From: Octopus sinensis
Taxonomy: Eukaryota
Reading direction: 5' to 3'
Length of the DNA: 64,000 bases
NCBI RefSeq assembly: GCF_006345805.1
Contig: NC_043004.1
Coordinates: 94,364,001-94,428,000, forward strand
Part shown: positions 1-15,080 of the stretch, in pieces
How the letters are laid out: the number at the start of each line of letters is the position of its first letter
Position numbering within the stretch: position 1 is the stretch's first letter
The notes under the pieces: model-generated
What the model was told of the DNA's origin: nothing
Databases searched by the model: none
Seen by the model: the letters and a program-made list of their open reading frames with translations, nothing else
Program-made: the position numbers and the translations under genes

Positions 1-69
1 TTTAAGGCTGTTCCTTGCAGAATTCTTACCTACTTCTCTAATCACCTCTCTCTCTTTCTTTCTTTCTTT

Positions 70-106
<37 letters not shown>

Positions 107-269
107 TTCGACCTCTTTCTCTCACACACATACACACACGCACGCAAACATTCTGTCAACTTAGGTGTACCTCTGGGTTCGATTTTACCTTTCTACACTC
201 TTCCGCCTGTACATCAATTATCAATTCGGTGTTACTTACAGCTACACTCCTATGCAAATAAAATCGGTT

Positions 270-478
270 TCATATTTTGGCACAAGGTCAGCAATTTCAG
301 GGAGAGGGCAGGTCTATTACATCAACCCCAGAACTTAATTGGTGCTTATTTTATCGATTCTGAAAGGATGAAAGGCGAAGTCAACCTCGGTGGAATTTCA
401 ATGAAGAACGTAAAGACGGACGAAACGCCCCTCAGCATTTTGCCAGGCGTGCTAACGATTCTGCCAGATCACCACCTA
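270..478 (-). mobile_element. tRNA-derived SINE family A (central GCCTTTCATCCTTTCGGGGTCGATAAA domain), diverged copy
   Basis: Reverse complement shows an A-box-like CTGGCAGAATCGTTAGC, a B-box region and the central domain shared with dozens of copies in the window. Confidence 0.8.
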
Positions 479-1224
479 TCCTATCCTATGCAAATAATAT
501 CAACCTCTATTGTTACCTCAAACTCCAACATATAAGTGTTAACCACAAGCACTTTACACTTGACTTTCACAACAATAAATCTAAGGTTATATTATCCAAT
601 ATGTCTCTTACTTTTTAAAACGGAAGGATATGATTTGAGAGAAAATTCGACTAATATTTCTAGCAATGAAGATTCCTCATTACCTCGTCTGATGTAATAT
701 GTCAGTATCGTCTGCTTAGCTCAATCGACCATACTACTCTCTTCCATATCGTTCGTAAAAATCAACCCGGTTTAGTTTCACGTGAGTGTTGTTTCCGACC
801 TACTGAACTATATCAAATTTACGAAACGAGTTCATTACACCACAGACCTTCATTGAAATGCGGTAACTGTGTCATTTTCCCTTCTCTTCTATAATTCCAA
901 GTATTTTTTTCTCCTTCTTTTCGTTCGTTGAATGTAGGAAGTGAGGGCTTCGTCCCCCAAGTATTTGTATTTTATTTTACTTTTAGTTTTATATATTTCG
1001 TTATTTTGTTTTGCTTTTGTGTTTTGAGGAGTAACATTATAATGTGCTTTGTCCTGTAAGTGGCACTCTACGAATACAAATTATCTATGTAAATTACACA
1101 CTTAAAGAAGAGTAAATATGAGTGATGTTGCTGCTGTTGCTGCTGTTGTTAGTCTTACTACAGCATGCACGCACTAATTGTAGTAGTGGTTGGTATCACT
1201 AAACTTTTCAAGTGCTCGTATGTA

Positions 1225-1251
1225 TGTCTATGCGTGTGTATACATACATAC

Positions 1252-1290
<39 letters not shown>

Positions 1291-1470
1291 TAATGTGTGT
1301 GTGTGGTGTGTGGTGTTATATATATATGTATCTGTATATGTATGTATACATACGTACACGTCAACATATATACACACACATATGTATATATATACACATT
1401 TATTTGTATATATATATGTTTATATATGTATATATGTATATATATATGTATATATATGTATATATATATG

Positions 1471-1501
<31 letters not shown>

Positions 1502-1662
1502 ATATATATATATATATATATACGTATATGTATATGTATGTATACATACACATCATACATATATATGTTATATATATATATATGTGTGTATATATATATA
1601 TATGTATATATATGTATATATATATATATATATATTGTGTATGTGTGTATATATATATATAT

Positions 1663-1694
<32 letters not shown>

Positions 1695-1712
1695 CATATA
1701 TATATACATATA
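1225..1712. repeat. Compound (TA)n/(TG)n/(TATG)n microsatellite
   Basis: Directly visible. The overlapping Y/I/V/C ORFs are translation artefacts. Confidence 0.95.
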
Positions 1713-2277
1713 TAGTACATTGTCGTATTATTGGTTGAAAAGTAGTCCAACCAGCAAAAGATAAATATCACGCTATAAGAAGCTCATCAGATTACTGTAC
1801 TATCCGAGGTATGAAACTTATAGCAGCTCACATTTAAATCGGGTGTTTATTAAATTATTCACACACACACACACATACACAGATGCACGCGCGCATGCGT
1901 AGTTGTGTGTGTGGGTGGGTGGGTGTGAAAAGTTCAAACAGAAAGTCATTCACTTCCACTTCATCATCGTCGTACAGAAACGTGCAAGTGCTAAGGACAC
2001 CTCTGTTAGCACAAACTAGGATATGTAGTAATATATAAATTATGATTGGTCAATAACATGGGCACAAGGCTACAGATTTGGAGGATTGGTACAGTTAACC
2101 GGAAGAACTCAATATCTAACTAATGTTAATTCTTTTATCTCAGAAGAGTGAAACGCATATTCGACTCCAATGAAATTTGAACGCCTAACGTAAAAATATT
2201 TTGTGCGACCTTCTATCGACTGTGCATATATACCACATTATAAAATCTTAGTCTTGTAAGCTAAAGTTCGCGAATTA

Positions 2278-3147
2278 TCAGTCATCCCATAAGTTCTGTC
2301 CGATTTTACCTTTTTTAAAATTAAATGAAATTTAATAGTATTTCAGAATGCCTAATGGAATTAAAATTATTTTTATGCATTTGTATACATTTAAACTAAT
2401 TAAATATTATTTTACAGAATAATAGAATTAAAATTTCTTTGGTTAAAAAAACCTTTTCTAACATGGAAGTATCCAAAGAGCATTTGAGGCACATAAATCT
2501 TTATGAGTACAAAAAGGAAACCCTGCAGCCGAAGTGACCCGAAACATACACTCAGTCTACGGGAAAGAATGTTTAAATGAAAGAACTTGCAGAAGATGGT
2601 TTGCAAAATTCAGAAGTGGAAATTTCAGCCTTGAAGATGAAGATTGAACAGGACGTCCAGTTGAGATTGATGATAAGCTCCTTGAGGCATTACTTGAAGA
2701 AAATCCTGCATTAGCAGTTGGAAGAATTGGCTATAAAGCTTAGTTCAAACCATACAACTGTTCATCGTAATCATCAACAAATTGGAAAGGTTCCTAAACT
2801 TGGAAAATGACCCCTCATGAATTGTCCGAAAGCAACCGCAAATCCCGAGTTGACATCTGCTCTTCTCTCCATTCTCTCGAACTCATTTCACCCTTTTTGG
2901 ATAGACTTGTGACTGGTAACGAAAAATGGATCTTCTATCGAAATGTTAAACATCATAAACAGTGGCTTGGTAGAAGGGAAAAAGCTCAACCACAACCGAG
3001 AAGGGAACTTCATGGAAAAAAGGGTCTTCTCTCTATCTGGTGGGATTGCAAAGGAGTAATTCACTTTGAATTGTTACCACCTAATGCAACAATCAATGCT
3101 CAAGTCTACTGTCAGCAATTAGAGCGTTTGAACCAAGCTTTGAAGAA
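2278..3147 (+). mobile_element. Mariner transposon, left TIR plus 5' two-thirds of a degraded transposase
   Basis: TA then TCAGTCATCCCATAAGTTCTGTCCG TIR. ATG at 2463 gives MEVSKEHLRH...RWFAKFRSGNFSLEDE (HTH), followed by the PHEL motif, LDRLVTGNEKWIFY (first catalytic-D region), HGKK and WWDCKGVIHFELLP. Contains stops/frameshifts and is 3'-truncated. Confidence 0.92.
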
Positions 3148-3842
3148 TATGAATTTCGGTTAATCAACATGGCCAACATCTGGATTCCAGTTAAATAAGT
3201 TTCCAAACAGATGGAATTGCAATTAAATAATAGTTCCAGTGCCGAAATTCCAGTGCACACACAGTGCTCAGACATTCCAGTTACACAATACATCCACTTA
3301 ACAATATTTTCATTACAATAATTCCGGTTGAATAAGATTGCTACGACAGTAATTTCCTCTTATGCATAATTCTGGACTTGGAAATTCCCAAAGACACTCT
3401 GAAGTGAAATATTCAAACCTACTTATCCAGAGATGACGACAGGCAGCTTACCTCTTCCCCTCCCGCAGTGTTTACAATGAATGAACTTACGGCAAAATTT
3501 CACTAACACTCCTCACTAAGAAAACTTCTCACACAGCTGTACACTTAAAAGGGTTATCGTACTTGAACCACATAATGATTGATCGTACATCATCATCATC
3601 ATCATCATCATCATTCATCATCATCCTCCAAGGATGACATTCGAGCCAATAAAAATGCCAAACTAAGTCTGGCCGTTATTTAAAAAGAAAAAAAAACACC
3701 ACTAAGAAGTCTCTGGGGATTTGAACTGCTTAAACACCAAGTTAGTCGCACTTATCAGAGATGACCCTGTTCGGCATAGGAAACCAACCGTAAAACGAGG
3801 TGAACCTTCCATAATAATGTTTCTAATATCATTTCAGTCTTC

Positions 3843-4055
3843 AGAGCGGCGAGCTGGCAGAATCGTTAGCACGCCGGGCGAAATGCTTAGTTCTGGGTTC
3901 AAACTCCGCCGAGACCGACTTTACCTTTCATTCTTTCGGGGGTCGATTAAATAAAGTACCAGTTACACACTGGGGTCGATGTAGTCGACTTAAACCCTTT
4001 GTCTGTCCTTGTTTCTCTCCTCTATGTTTAGCCCCCTGTGGGCAATAAAGAAATA
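3843..4055 (+). mobile_element. SINE family A, long-tail variant
   Basis: GGCGAGCTGGCAGAATCGTTAGC head, GTTCAAACTCC B box, central domain and tail ending ...GGGCAATAAAGAAAT. Confidence 0.88.
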
Positions 4056-5086
4056 AATATCATTTCAGTTCTCAGCTGAATTAAGCATCATCGACTAACC
4101 AGCCAAACGGTGGTTCGTATCTTGGCATTGGCATTCATCTGTGCCCGTGGTCAAAACGGCTATTGTAAGTCCATATACTTTCACATCAAATATTCACCCA
4201 AATGGTATCGATGATATTGGTGTAAATCCAAACCAATGATTGGGATAAAATTAATGCGGAAAAGCTCACTAAAAATAAGCTGTGAGAAAATAATCAGTAT
4301 TAGTCAATAATTTTTTTTTTATTATTATTCTTGTGTCTTCACCAGTGAAGCATAGTCACCGCGATATTTGCCGAAGTTATGATGAATTTATCGCTAATTA
4401 CACGCAAACACAAACATGTATATATGTGTGTATGTATGTATATATGTATGTATGTGTCCGTGCGTGCGCACACTTGCACACTGTGCTCTGCTTGGAGTAG
4501 AAAAATAGAATTGTTTAGAGAATAAATTATTAATTCAGAGACGCTGTCGAATTTCACATAATTCTATAATCTATTTGGACACTCGGGGAGGGATGTAATG
4601 TAATATCTCTCTTAATTTTATTACTTCTATATTTGTCCAATTTATATTCAGGGACAGAATATAATATAATATAATAAAAAACTAGCAGAAACTACGGTGA
4701 TTCCTCATTTTATAAACGTTATTGTTTGTATTTTATTTGAAATTTATGCCTCTTCGCTTTCTTAAAGATTTATGTTAAAGATTTTAATGATGTCTTCGAA
4801 TTCTTTGTATAATTAAGGTTGATTCAAGTGTAACACTGAAACGCACGTCGTGACAAGCATAATAATATTATAGATAATTGTATAAAGCAAAAATAAATGA
4901 ACGATGTTCAAGGAAACTAATTCAAAGTGGAAAAACTTTCAGCTGAACAGAGAAACTTTAGCAAAAGTAAATCACTGCTTCAATATTCCTATACTGCACC
5001 GATACAATAAACCGGCTAAATATTGTCCACATTCAAATTTAAGAACATTAACTGATTAGCTCTCTATTACTCATATGACTCAGTTT

Positions 5087-5590
5087 GGAGACGTAATAGC
5101 CCGGTGGTTAGGGCAGCAGAATCGCGATCGTAGGATCGCAGTTTCGATTCCCAGACTAGGCATTGTGAGTGTTTATTGAGTGAAAACACCTAAAGCTCAA
5201 CGAGGCTCAGGAAGGGGGGGGTGAACCCTACTGTACTCTTTCACTACAACTTTCTCTCACTCTTTCTTCCTGTTTCTGTTGTACCTGTATTTCAAAGGGC
5301 CAGTCTTTTCACACTCTGTGTCACGCTGAATCTCTCCGAGAACTACGTTAAGGGTACACGTGTCTGTGGAGTGCTCAGCCACTTGCACGTTAATAAATGA
5401 GCTGCGACGTCACTGGTGCCCAGCTGTATCGGCCTTTGCCTTTCCCTTGGATAACACTGGTGGCGTGGAGAGGGGAGGCTGGTATGCATGGGCGACTGCT
5501 GGTCTTCCATAAACAACCTTGCCCAGACTTGTGTCTTGGAGGGTAACTTTCGAGGTGCAATCCCATGGTCATTCATGACCGAAGGAGGTC
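5087..5590 (+). mobile_element. tRNA-derived SINE family B
   Basis: Head GGAGACGTAATAGCCCGGTGGTTAGGGCAGC...GTTTCGATTCCCAGAC, with the shared core TTATTGAGTGAAAACACCTAAAGCTC as at 11994, 14820, 19559, 23384 and 30623. Confidence 0.88.
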
Positions 5591-7502
5591 ACAATTCATA
5601 TGACTCAGTATATTATTGCAAGTTGCATAGCTATGGATTTGTAAATTATACAGAGGGATTCAAATGTATCATTAGCATTTAGATGATGTATAAAATAGAT
5701 AGAAGGATGTGGGGGTAATGGGAAGTACATTAAGAAGTTTAACTGACTTCTGTTGTAAAGTGGTTTATCTTAGCTGTTAAAGGTACTTTAGAATCACCTC
5801 GTAGATCCATAATTTTTCCTCAACAGGGATGATACCTAGAAGGTTCTTATACACTTTCAGTTCGCCCTTGGTACTAAAATGTTTCTCTATCTTTTCTTCA
5901 AGGGCAAAATTTCTTTCATCAGCTTTACACTATACATTCTAAGTGAAGCAGGTGATGCCCGAATGCTATTTTGTATCATAGGAGACTTATTCCTCTTTAA
6001 CATTTACGATACTGCATCAGTCAGGTTATTTTCCTCTTTTATACATTTACGTATTAAAATTTTCTGTAATATTCGGTCAATGCCAATAGTTTCACCCTCG
6101 AGTAGTGTATCACGAACAAATCATGTTTGGCTGTGACAAGTTAGGTGAAATGACTTAGTTGTCAAGCGAAGCTTTTATTAGAGATATGGATTGCCGGTAG
6201 CTTAAAGCTGCACTACAGAGTTTTTTTGTTTGTTTGTTTGTTTCTCTTTTTTTGCTTTATCTTTATATTTTGTAATAGAGGATAAAATGGGCTCAAAGTC
6301 CCTGTTAGGTGTCACAGGAGTCGATGTTTATTTGCATAAATGTTAAACCGGAAAAGATAATTGTATCAATGGATGAGATATCAGTCTGTCTCACCTAGCA
6401 GGGTCACTATTGAAAACAGCTGAACAGGGCCACGGATAAAGTTCTTAGGGCAAAATACAAACTACTGAACTATATCTAAAAATCCGCAGCTATAGGGAGT
6501 GTCTTTTCTACAAGATAGAATAACACATTCAGTCAGTCATTCGATCTATGCTGATGTTGTGTAATTTCAGTCAGTCCTGAATGTAATAGGTTATAGTATG
6601 ACGGTAGTCGACTGATTGTCAGGATACAATCCATAGATCCATTACAGCAGATGTATAATCCACCGCTTAGTTTAATATAACACTCACAATCAAACATACT
6701 GAGATTTATTGCATAGCGCGATGAGGTAATTTCTGAGTTTGTTGCGTTTATTTTATTGTCCAATCAGTTGGCGTATGGCAATAGGATTTAGTGATGATAA
6801 CAGAGGAGAGGCAGACAAAATATATTTGATCAAACAATGATAGTTATTGTTTCTGTGCACTTATCATTAGTGGAGTACTACTCAACGTTGTTTATTCTGG
6901 CTAATGAAATTAATGACATCACTGTTTACTCTTATGTGACTGTTCTTTTGGTGTTTATATGAATTGAGTGGTGTTTATATGAATTAGCGGTTTTAAAATA
7001 GTGATGTCATAATGTTGTACGACCTAGATCAAATGTAACACATTTTAGCGACTTTAGCAATGTCCACTCCGTTGCAGGTATACGAGCTAGCTGTCTGGTC
7101 AAAGATGCATTCCTTCCTGCTACAACATGAATCGTGATTTCTTCCTCCACTCCCCCTTTCAGTTTCGAAGACCCTACAAAAGGATCGTGGTTTCTACTCT
7201 TCTTCGTCTTGTTAAATCATAATAAAGTATCTGTTTGTTTGACAGCGATTCAATATATGTCAAGTAATTATTTTGTCAACAGCTGTCTCAAGAATGTCCA
7301 AATACTCTTTCATCATGAATTCATTCTTGCTTTTTTTTTTCTTTTTCATTCATCAGCTGTTGTGTAGGTGTGGATTTTTATGAAGAAATTCTGCTCTAAG
7401 AAAGGACTAGTATTATTCATGATCGTTCTAGTATATTTGCTCATTAGCGCTTCATTGTATAGCTAAACGTTGTGCCTTTGCGTTCTTTAAGTATGATTGA
7501 GT

Positions 7503-7900
7503 GTTAGTTAGTTAGTTAGTTAGTTAATTTTTGGCTCAAAAGCAAATAGCAAAGCCATGTAGGGGGACATGGAGTTAAGTACAGGGTGGTGTTCATGTAA
7601 GAGAAATCAGGCCACTTGAGGTCAAGGGAGATTTTTGAACAAAGCGGTCGTCGGCATCTTCACCATCTCGTCTGGCAGCTTGTTCCACGGATCCGCAACC
7701 CGGACGGAGAAAGCTCCTCTCCTTCGATTGAGATGAAATCGTCGCAGGTAGAGCTTTTCGGAATGACCCCGCAGCCGACGCTCTGGAGCAGGAGTGAAGA
7801 ACAGCTCTTTCGAGAGGTTACACTTTCCGCTTATGATGTTGTGAGCGAGAATGAGATCTCCACGGCGGCGGCGTTTTACTAGAGAATAAAGGTCGAGCGT
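7503..7900 (-). mobile_element. CR1-clade LINE 3' end (ORF2 C-terminus, 3' UTR, (TAAC)n tail)
   Basis: Minus-strand translation LDLYSLVKRRRRGDLILAHNIISG...RLRGHSEKLYLRRFHLNRRRGAFSVRVADPWNKLP matches the CR1 ORF2 C-terminal pattern. Ends in (TAAC)n. Confidence 0.85.
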
Positions 7901-8139
7901 GATTTTGTTTTCTTTTTAAAGTCTTCTATGTGTGTTGTGAACGTTAGGGATGCCCAGTCTGTAATTTCTAACATTTTTGTCTCAGTGGGCTAGGACAATT
8001 GTGACATTTCTGTTACGCAATTACTGACGTGCCAAAAATATCCTTCATAAAATATCACCTTTGCAGTAAAATGTAACGTAACTAACTACTGCTGGTAACT
8101 AACTATACTAATACTTGAAACATTAAGATGATGAAATAG

Positions 8140-9135
8140 TAAGGCGTGCTAACGATTCTGCCAACTTGCTACCGCCGCCATAATTGTAGTGATAGTAATA
8201 ATGGTTTCAAATTTGGCCACAAGGACAGTAAATTTAGTGGAGGGGATGAGTCAATTACATCCCCCCCTCCCCCAGTGTTCAACTGGTACTTATTTTATCC
8301 ACCCCAAGAAGATGAAAGACAAAGTCGACATCGGCGGAATTTGAACTCAGAACGTAGCGATGTGCGAAATACCACTAAACATTTCGTCCAGCACGCTAAC
8401 GATTCTGCCAGCTCACCGCCTTAAAGTAATAATAATAATACTTTCTACTATAGGCACAAGGCCTGAAACTTTGGGGGTGGGGGACTAGTCGATTACATCG
8501 ATCCCAGTGTTTCACTGGTACTTAATTTATCGACCCCGAAAGGATGACAGGCAAAGTTGACCTCAGCGGAATTTGAACTCAGAACGTAGCAATGGGCGAA
8601 ATACGCTAAGCATTTCGTCCAGCGCCTTAAAGTAATAATAATAATAATAATAAAATAATAATAATAATAAGCACTGGGGTCGATGTAATCGATTAGCCAA
8701 TAATAGAAAAAATTGAAGGCGGCGAGCCAGCGAAATGCTTTGTCGCATTTCATCCATTTTTCCATCGTTCTAAGTTCAAACTTCGCCGAGGTCAACTTTG
8801 CCTGTCATCCTTTAGGGATCGATGAAAAAAGTACTGTTTGAGCACTGGAGTCGATGTAATTTCAGATCTTTTACCTAAAGTAGAAAGGATTACCTATGGC
8901 CGAAGGGATCATGATTATTATTTTTATTGCAGGAAGCTGGCAGAACTCTGTGAGCGTATTGGAGAAAATGTCTTGTTCTCTACGTTCCGAGTTGAAATCT
9001 CGCCGCGTTTAAATTTCCCTTTCATCCCGCCAGGGCGAATGGAATAAAATACTGGTCAAATATTAGGATCGATGTCATCGACTAACAACTTCTACTTAAA
9101 ATTGCTGGCCTTGGGCCAAAATTTGAAATCATCAT
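8140..9135. mobile_element. Cluster of SINE family A copies and fragments in both orientations, with (AAT)n spacers
   Basis: Repeated central domain and A/B-box heads. Confidence 0.8.
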
Positions 9136-9172
9136 CATCATCACCACCACCACCACCACCACCACCACCATC

Positions 9173-9221
<49 letters not shown>

Positions 9222-9572
9222 TATTATCATCATTATTGTGAACGCTACTTGGCATCCATCTTGAAAGCGGCTGATTTCGGATCTCGTTTTTAGAGGGTGG
9301 ATAGCAGCAATGCTCAGAAGGCGGCGGCGGCGGCGGCGGCGATGGTGATGATAGTGACGGAGGGGCACTTGAAATCGACAGAACCCCTGCTTCTGCACAA
9401 CTTTCTATATTTGTACCAAAATTAAAAATGCTATTACCGTTGTTTGTTATTTTAACTACCCATTTCGACAAAACTTGAGAATGTTGGGTGGCCTGTGGAC
9501 AACAAATGAACTGAAATAACCCGTACTTATTTTAAAAAAAAGTATGTGTGCGCGTCTGAATGTGCGTGTGTA

Positions 9573-9574
<2 letters not shown>

Positions 9575-9609
<35 letters not shown>

Positions 9610-9772
9610 AAGAAAAGAGAGGAAAAGAGAGAGAGCGCGAGAGAGAGAAAGAAAGAAAGTAAAGAGAGGAAAAGAGAGAGAGAGCGAGAGAGAGCGAGAG
9701 AGAGAGAGAAAGAAAGAAAAGAGAGAAAGAGAGAGAGAGAGACAGAGAGACAGACAGACAGAAAGAAAGAAA

Positions 9773-9805
<33 letters not shown>

Positions 9806-9863
9806 CAGAAAAGAGAGAAAGAGAGAGTGAGAGAGCGAGAGAGAGAGAGAAGAGAGAAAGAAA

Positions 9864-9904
<41 letters not shown>

Positions 9905-10008
9905 AAGAAAAGAAAGAAAGAGAGAGAGAGAGAGAGAGAAATAAAGAAAGAAGAGAGAAAGAGAGAGAGAGACAGAGAGACAGACAGAGAGACAGACAGA
10001 AAGAAAAA

Positions 10009-10049
<41 letters not shown>

Positions 10050-10157
10050 AAAGAGAGAAAGAGAGAGTGAGAGAGCGAGAGAGAGAGAGAGAGAGAAAGA
10101 AAAGAGAGAAAGAGAGAGAGAGAGAGAGAAAGAAAGAAAAGAAAGAAAGAGAGAGAG
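9575..10157. repeat. Purine-rich (GA)n/(GAAA)n complex repeat with an internal ~230-bp higher-order duplication
   Basis: The block GAGACAGAGAGACAGAC...GAGTGAGAGAGCGAGA occurs at ~9735-9850 and again at ~9965-10090. Confidence 0.9.
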
Positions 10158-10379
10158 TTGGAGACAGAGCAGCGACGAGGATGTCACTAAATTTAACTTT
10201 CAGCCTATGCTTTTTTTTTTATTTATTTATTTACTTTGGCAAGTAAATTCCTGCCGCCGTTGTTCCGTTGTTCTTTGAGCTACAGTTATAGTTGTTTGTA
10301 ACTGTTGATATTGTTGTTGTTGGAGTGATGATGGCGGTGGTGGTAAGCGTTGTATTAATTTCGTTCTTCTTTTAGCTGT

Positions 10380-11325
<946 letters not shown>

Positions 11326-11514
11326 AGTTGTAAATGTCGTTGTCACAATTGCTGTTTTTACTATTATTGCTTATGTTGTCATCCATCTTGTAGAGGCTAT
11401 CGTTGCCTATGTGATTGTTGTTGTTGATGTTTTTGTTGTTGTTAGTTGTTGCAATTTCAGTGCTACTGCTGCTGCTGCTGTTGTCGTTGCTGTTGTCTTC
11501 TTGTTCTTCTTCTT

Positions 11515-11994
11515 CCAATCAGGACTCACGCCATTAGCCACAAAGAATAATCTCTAATTCGAGCCTACTCTAAGCTATTAAGAATGCGTGTGGCAACATG
11601 AAGATCCACCCACCACACGCAATAGACTGGCGGTTGCACGGGCGCAAAAGCTACGTTGTTATCCTCATTCCGTAAACGGTGGCTTTTAAACGGGTGGAGA
11701 GCTGAACCGTCCTGGGGTACAGAGGATTCGCAATCTAGACTAGGGTCTAGAAGTTTACCACACCATAGTGGGTTACACCATGGTTCCTCTGCTTTGTGGC
11801 AGAAGTAGGAAGAAAGAGTGAGAGAAAGTTGTGGTGAAAGAGTTACAGCGGGGTTCACCACCACCACCCGCCGGAGCCTCATGGAGCTTAGGTGTTTTTG
11901 CTCAATAAACACTCACAATGCCCGGTCTGGGAATCGAAACCGCGTTCTTACGACCGCGAGTCCGCTGCCCTAACCACTGGACCATTGCGCCTCC
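11515..11994 (-). mobile_element. SINE family B with a distinct long tail
   Basis: Head reverse complement ends at 11994. The core is shared; the tail differs from other copies. Confidence 0.85.
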
Positions 11995-12659
11995 ACATGC
12001 TGTTGTTGTTGTTCCTGATGCCATCGTTGTTATTGTTACTGCGGTTCCAGTTGTCATTGTTTCTTGAAAACCACATAAAAAGAGACATTCCATCCTTGAC
12101 CATCCCTAACTATCCTGTCTCTCTACATATTAAATCTACATCATAAAATATTTCCTGTCCTTTTCAAGATCTTAAGATATAATGTAAAGTGATTAGGTTG
12201 CTTTTTCTAGCAGATATAGCGATTAAATAGGGTTTTCTATTGTTATTACTTTTAGCGATGTTTTGTAGTCATCAATATTGTAATTGTTGTTACTGTTGTT
12301 GTTATCAAGGTCATCGCTTTATTTTGAAATATATATCGTTATTGTTATTATAGCCTTTATTCTTGGAATTTGAACACTGATATTTCCTGTTAGCATTTTC
12401 TCTCCAACTTTCCCATAACTTCACTCCTCCAAGCATCCACTTAGGTCCATTAAACCCATTCCGTCAAGCTTTTCCACTTTAGCACATCCACCTTAACCAA
12501 CTCACATAAGCATCCCTTGTTACGTTTCTTCTCCTTCTCCTTTTCTCTCTCCCTTCAATTCTTACGCTGCTTCGCAGAATATCTCATCGACTCTACTCTG
12601 TCCGCTCTGCTGTTCCCACTGCAATTTTTCCGGCACAACAAAGAAACAAACACATACAT

Positions 12660-12697
<38 letters not shown>

Positions 12698-13349
12698 ATA
12701 CACAGCACACGCTTGTATATACTGTGTGTGTGTGTATGTGTGTGTGTGTGTGCGTGTGTGTTTTCTGGAAGATCAGTACATCGAAATTATTTCGTCCGTC
12801 AGAAGAGAGACGTAAAATATATGTTATATGTGTAAAGTATCCCAGAGAATAATGTGGGTCAGATAGAGTAAAATCATACAAATGACTTGTAGGGACGCCA
12901 TATTTCGTTATGTAATCATAATCTGGTATATATAAATCACATTATGTGTGTGTATATTGACTAACGCATACATTTCCACCATTCCCAACCGATTTTCACC
13001 AAACTTTACGCACACATTACTTATGTCCCAAGGATGGTCATGCACTATGACATTTTCCCAGAGCTCCCGCATAAATGGACAAACCAGAAAAAAAACGGTG
13101 GTTTACACGGATTTTTCTCTAATTAGTTGTATGTACATAGTTTTTTTTTCTGTATGTAGGGTCTTCTATACTTTTAATTTATATGGTCGTATATAAAATT
13201 AGAGAATATTTTTAGTGAGTTCCTCATTTTTATTATTAATTAATTATTTACATGTTACAATTATATATTATTACTTGGTTAGAGAATATTATAAAAGTGA
13301 AAGGATTTTGTGTATTATTTCGACTGATCACCGGTTATTATTTATTTAC

Positions 13350-14765
13350 GGAAAGGGGTCTAGTCCATAACATTAATCCCAGTGCTTAACTAGAACTTAG
13401 TTCATCCATCTCGAAAAGATGAAAGGCAAAGTCGACCATAGCGGAATTTGAACTCAAAACGTAAAGGCAGACGGAATACCACTAAGTATTGTGTGCGACA
13501 TGCTAAGGATTCTGCCAGTTCGCCACCTTTCACCGCTTTAATAACGGTTCCAAATTTTGGCACAAGGCCAGCAATTTCGGAGGTTGGGAGTAAGTTGATT
13601 ACATCGACCAGTGCTCAGCTGGTACTTAACTCACTGACCCCGAAAGGATAAAAAGCAAAGTCGATCTCGGCGGAATTTGAACTCAGACCGTAAAGTAGAA
13701 AGAAACAGTGCTAAGTATTTTGTATTACTGAGTATTTTGTATGCTAACGATTCTGCTAGCTCTCTGCCTTTTGCCGCCTTTAATAATCAGTTCTACTGAA
13801 GGTACAAGGTCTGAAATTTGATGGGAGAGAAGAAGTCGATTACATCGACCCCAGTGTTTCACTGATACTTAATAAATCGACCCTGAAAGGATAAAAGACA
13901 AAGTCGATCTCGGTGGAATTGAACTCACAACGTGAAGACGAACGAAATGCCGCTTAGCATTTTACCTGAAATGCTAACGATTCTGCCAGCTCGCTGCCTT
14001 AATACTGCCTTTCTACTGCAGGCACAAGGTCTGAAATTTTGTGGGAAGTGAATAGTCAGTCGATTAAATCCCGAAATGATGAAAAGCGAAGTCGATCTCG
14101 GCGGAATTTGAACTCAGAGCGTAGGGGCAGACGAAATACAGCTAGGCATTTCGCCTGGCGTGCAAACGATTCTTATTTCTTTATTGCCCACAGGGGGCTA
14201 AACTTAGAGGGGACAAACAAGGACAGACAAACGGATTAAGTCGATTATATCGAGCCCAGTGCGTAACTGGTACTTATTTAATCGACCCCGAAAGGATGAA
14301 AGGCAAAGTCGACCTCGGCGGAATTTGAACTCAGAACATAGCGGCAGACGAAATACCTATTTCTTTACTACCCACAAGGGGCTAAACACAGAGAGGACTA
14401 ACAAGGAGAGAAACACGGATTAAGTCGATTACATCGACCCCAGTGCGTAACTGGTACTTAATTTATCGACCCCGAAAGGATGAAAGGCAAAGTCGACCTC
14501 GGCGGAATTTGAACTCACAACGTAACGCAGACGAAATACCGCAAAGCATTTCGCCCGGCGTGCTAACGATTCTGCCAGCTCGCCGCCTTATATCGCCGCC
14601 TTTAATAATAACAATAATAATGGTTTCAGTTTTTGGTACAAGGTCAGCGAATTTTGGAAAAAAAGTAAATCGATTACATCGACTCCAATGAATAACCAGG
14701 ATTTATGCTATCGACTCGAAGGGATGAAAAGGTAACGTCAAACTCAACGATATTTGAACACAGAA
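13350..14765 (-). mobile_element. Head-to-tail, co-oriented array of ~8 SINE family A units, partly nested
   Basis: Repeated CCCGAAAGGATGAAAGGCAAAGTCGACCTCGGCGGAATTTGAACTC, all in minus orientation. Confidence 0.9.
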
Positions 14766-14819
14766 CAGAAAGAGCCAGAAAAAGAATAATTTGAAGGTAT
14801 TTTGCCCGACTCGCTGTCG

Positions 14820-15080
14820 GAGGAACGGGGTTTCGATTCTCAGACCGGGCGTTGTGTGTGTTTATTGAGCGAAAACACCTAAAGCTCCACGATGTTCCGG
14901 CATGGGGTGGTGGTGACCTCTGTTGTACTCTTACGCCCCAACTTTCTCTCACTCTTTCTTCCTGTTTCTTGAGTAACGCTGCGATGGACTGGCGTTCCGC
15001 ACATACGCCATAGAAACCGGGAAACCGGATCCATGGGCCTGGCTAGGCTTGAAAAGGGCGCATAAATAAATAAATAAATA
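14820..15080 (+). mobile_element. SINE family B, 5'-truncated, tail containing GCGATGGACTGGCG and ending (AAAT)n
   Basis: Shared core plus a unique tail. Confidence 0.8.

Noticed and set aside
1212-1771. Long ORFs rich in Y/I/V/C/H/T/M (also at 9456-11333, 16342-16845, 39299-41970)
   Set aside because: They are translations of di-, tri- and tetranucleotide microsatellites, with no domain content.
3165-3390. Recurring TTCCAG(T) hexamers
   Set aside because: Irregular spacing, no unit structure and no readable frame.
5905-5930. CTGATGA followed by GAAA on the minus strand as a hammerhead
   Set aside because: No stem II between the motifs and no stem I or III.
5850-6140. Semi-open minus-strand frame (RDTLLEGETIGIDRILQK...)
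   Set aside because: Contains several stops and no motif I can assign to a family.
12566-12618. 53-nt minus-strand segment between TTGCAG and GTAAGA
   Set aside because: Splice-like signals only; the peptide is uninformative and such pairs occur by chance.
12920-13170. Helitron-like 5' portion (also 31920-32090)
   Set aside because: Resembles non-autonomous rolling-circle elements, but no hairpin-CTAG end could be located.
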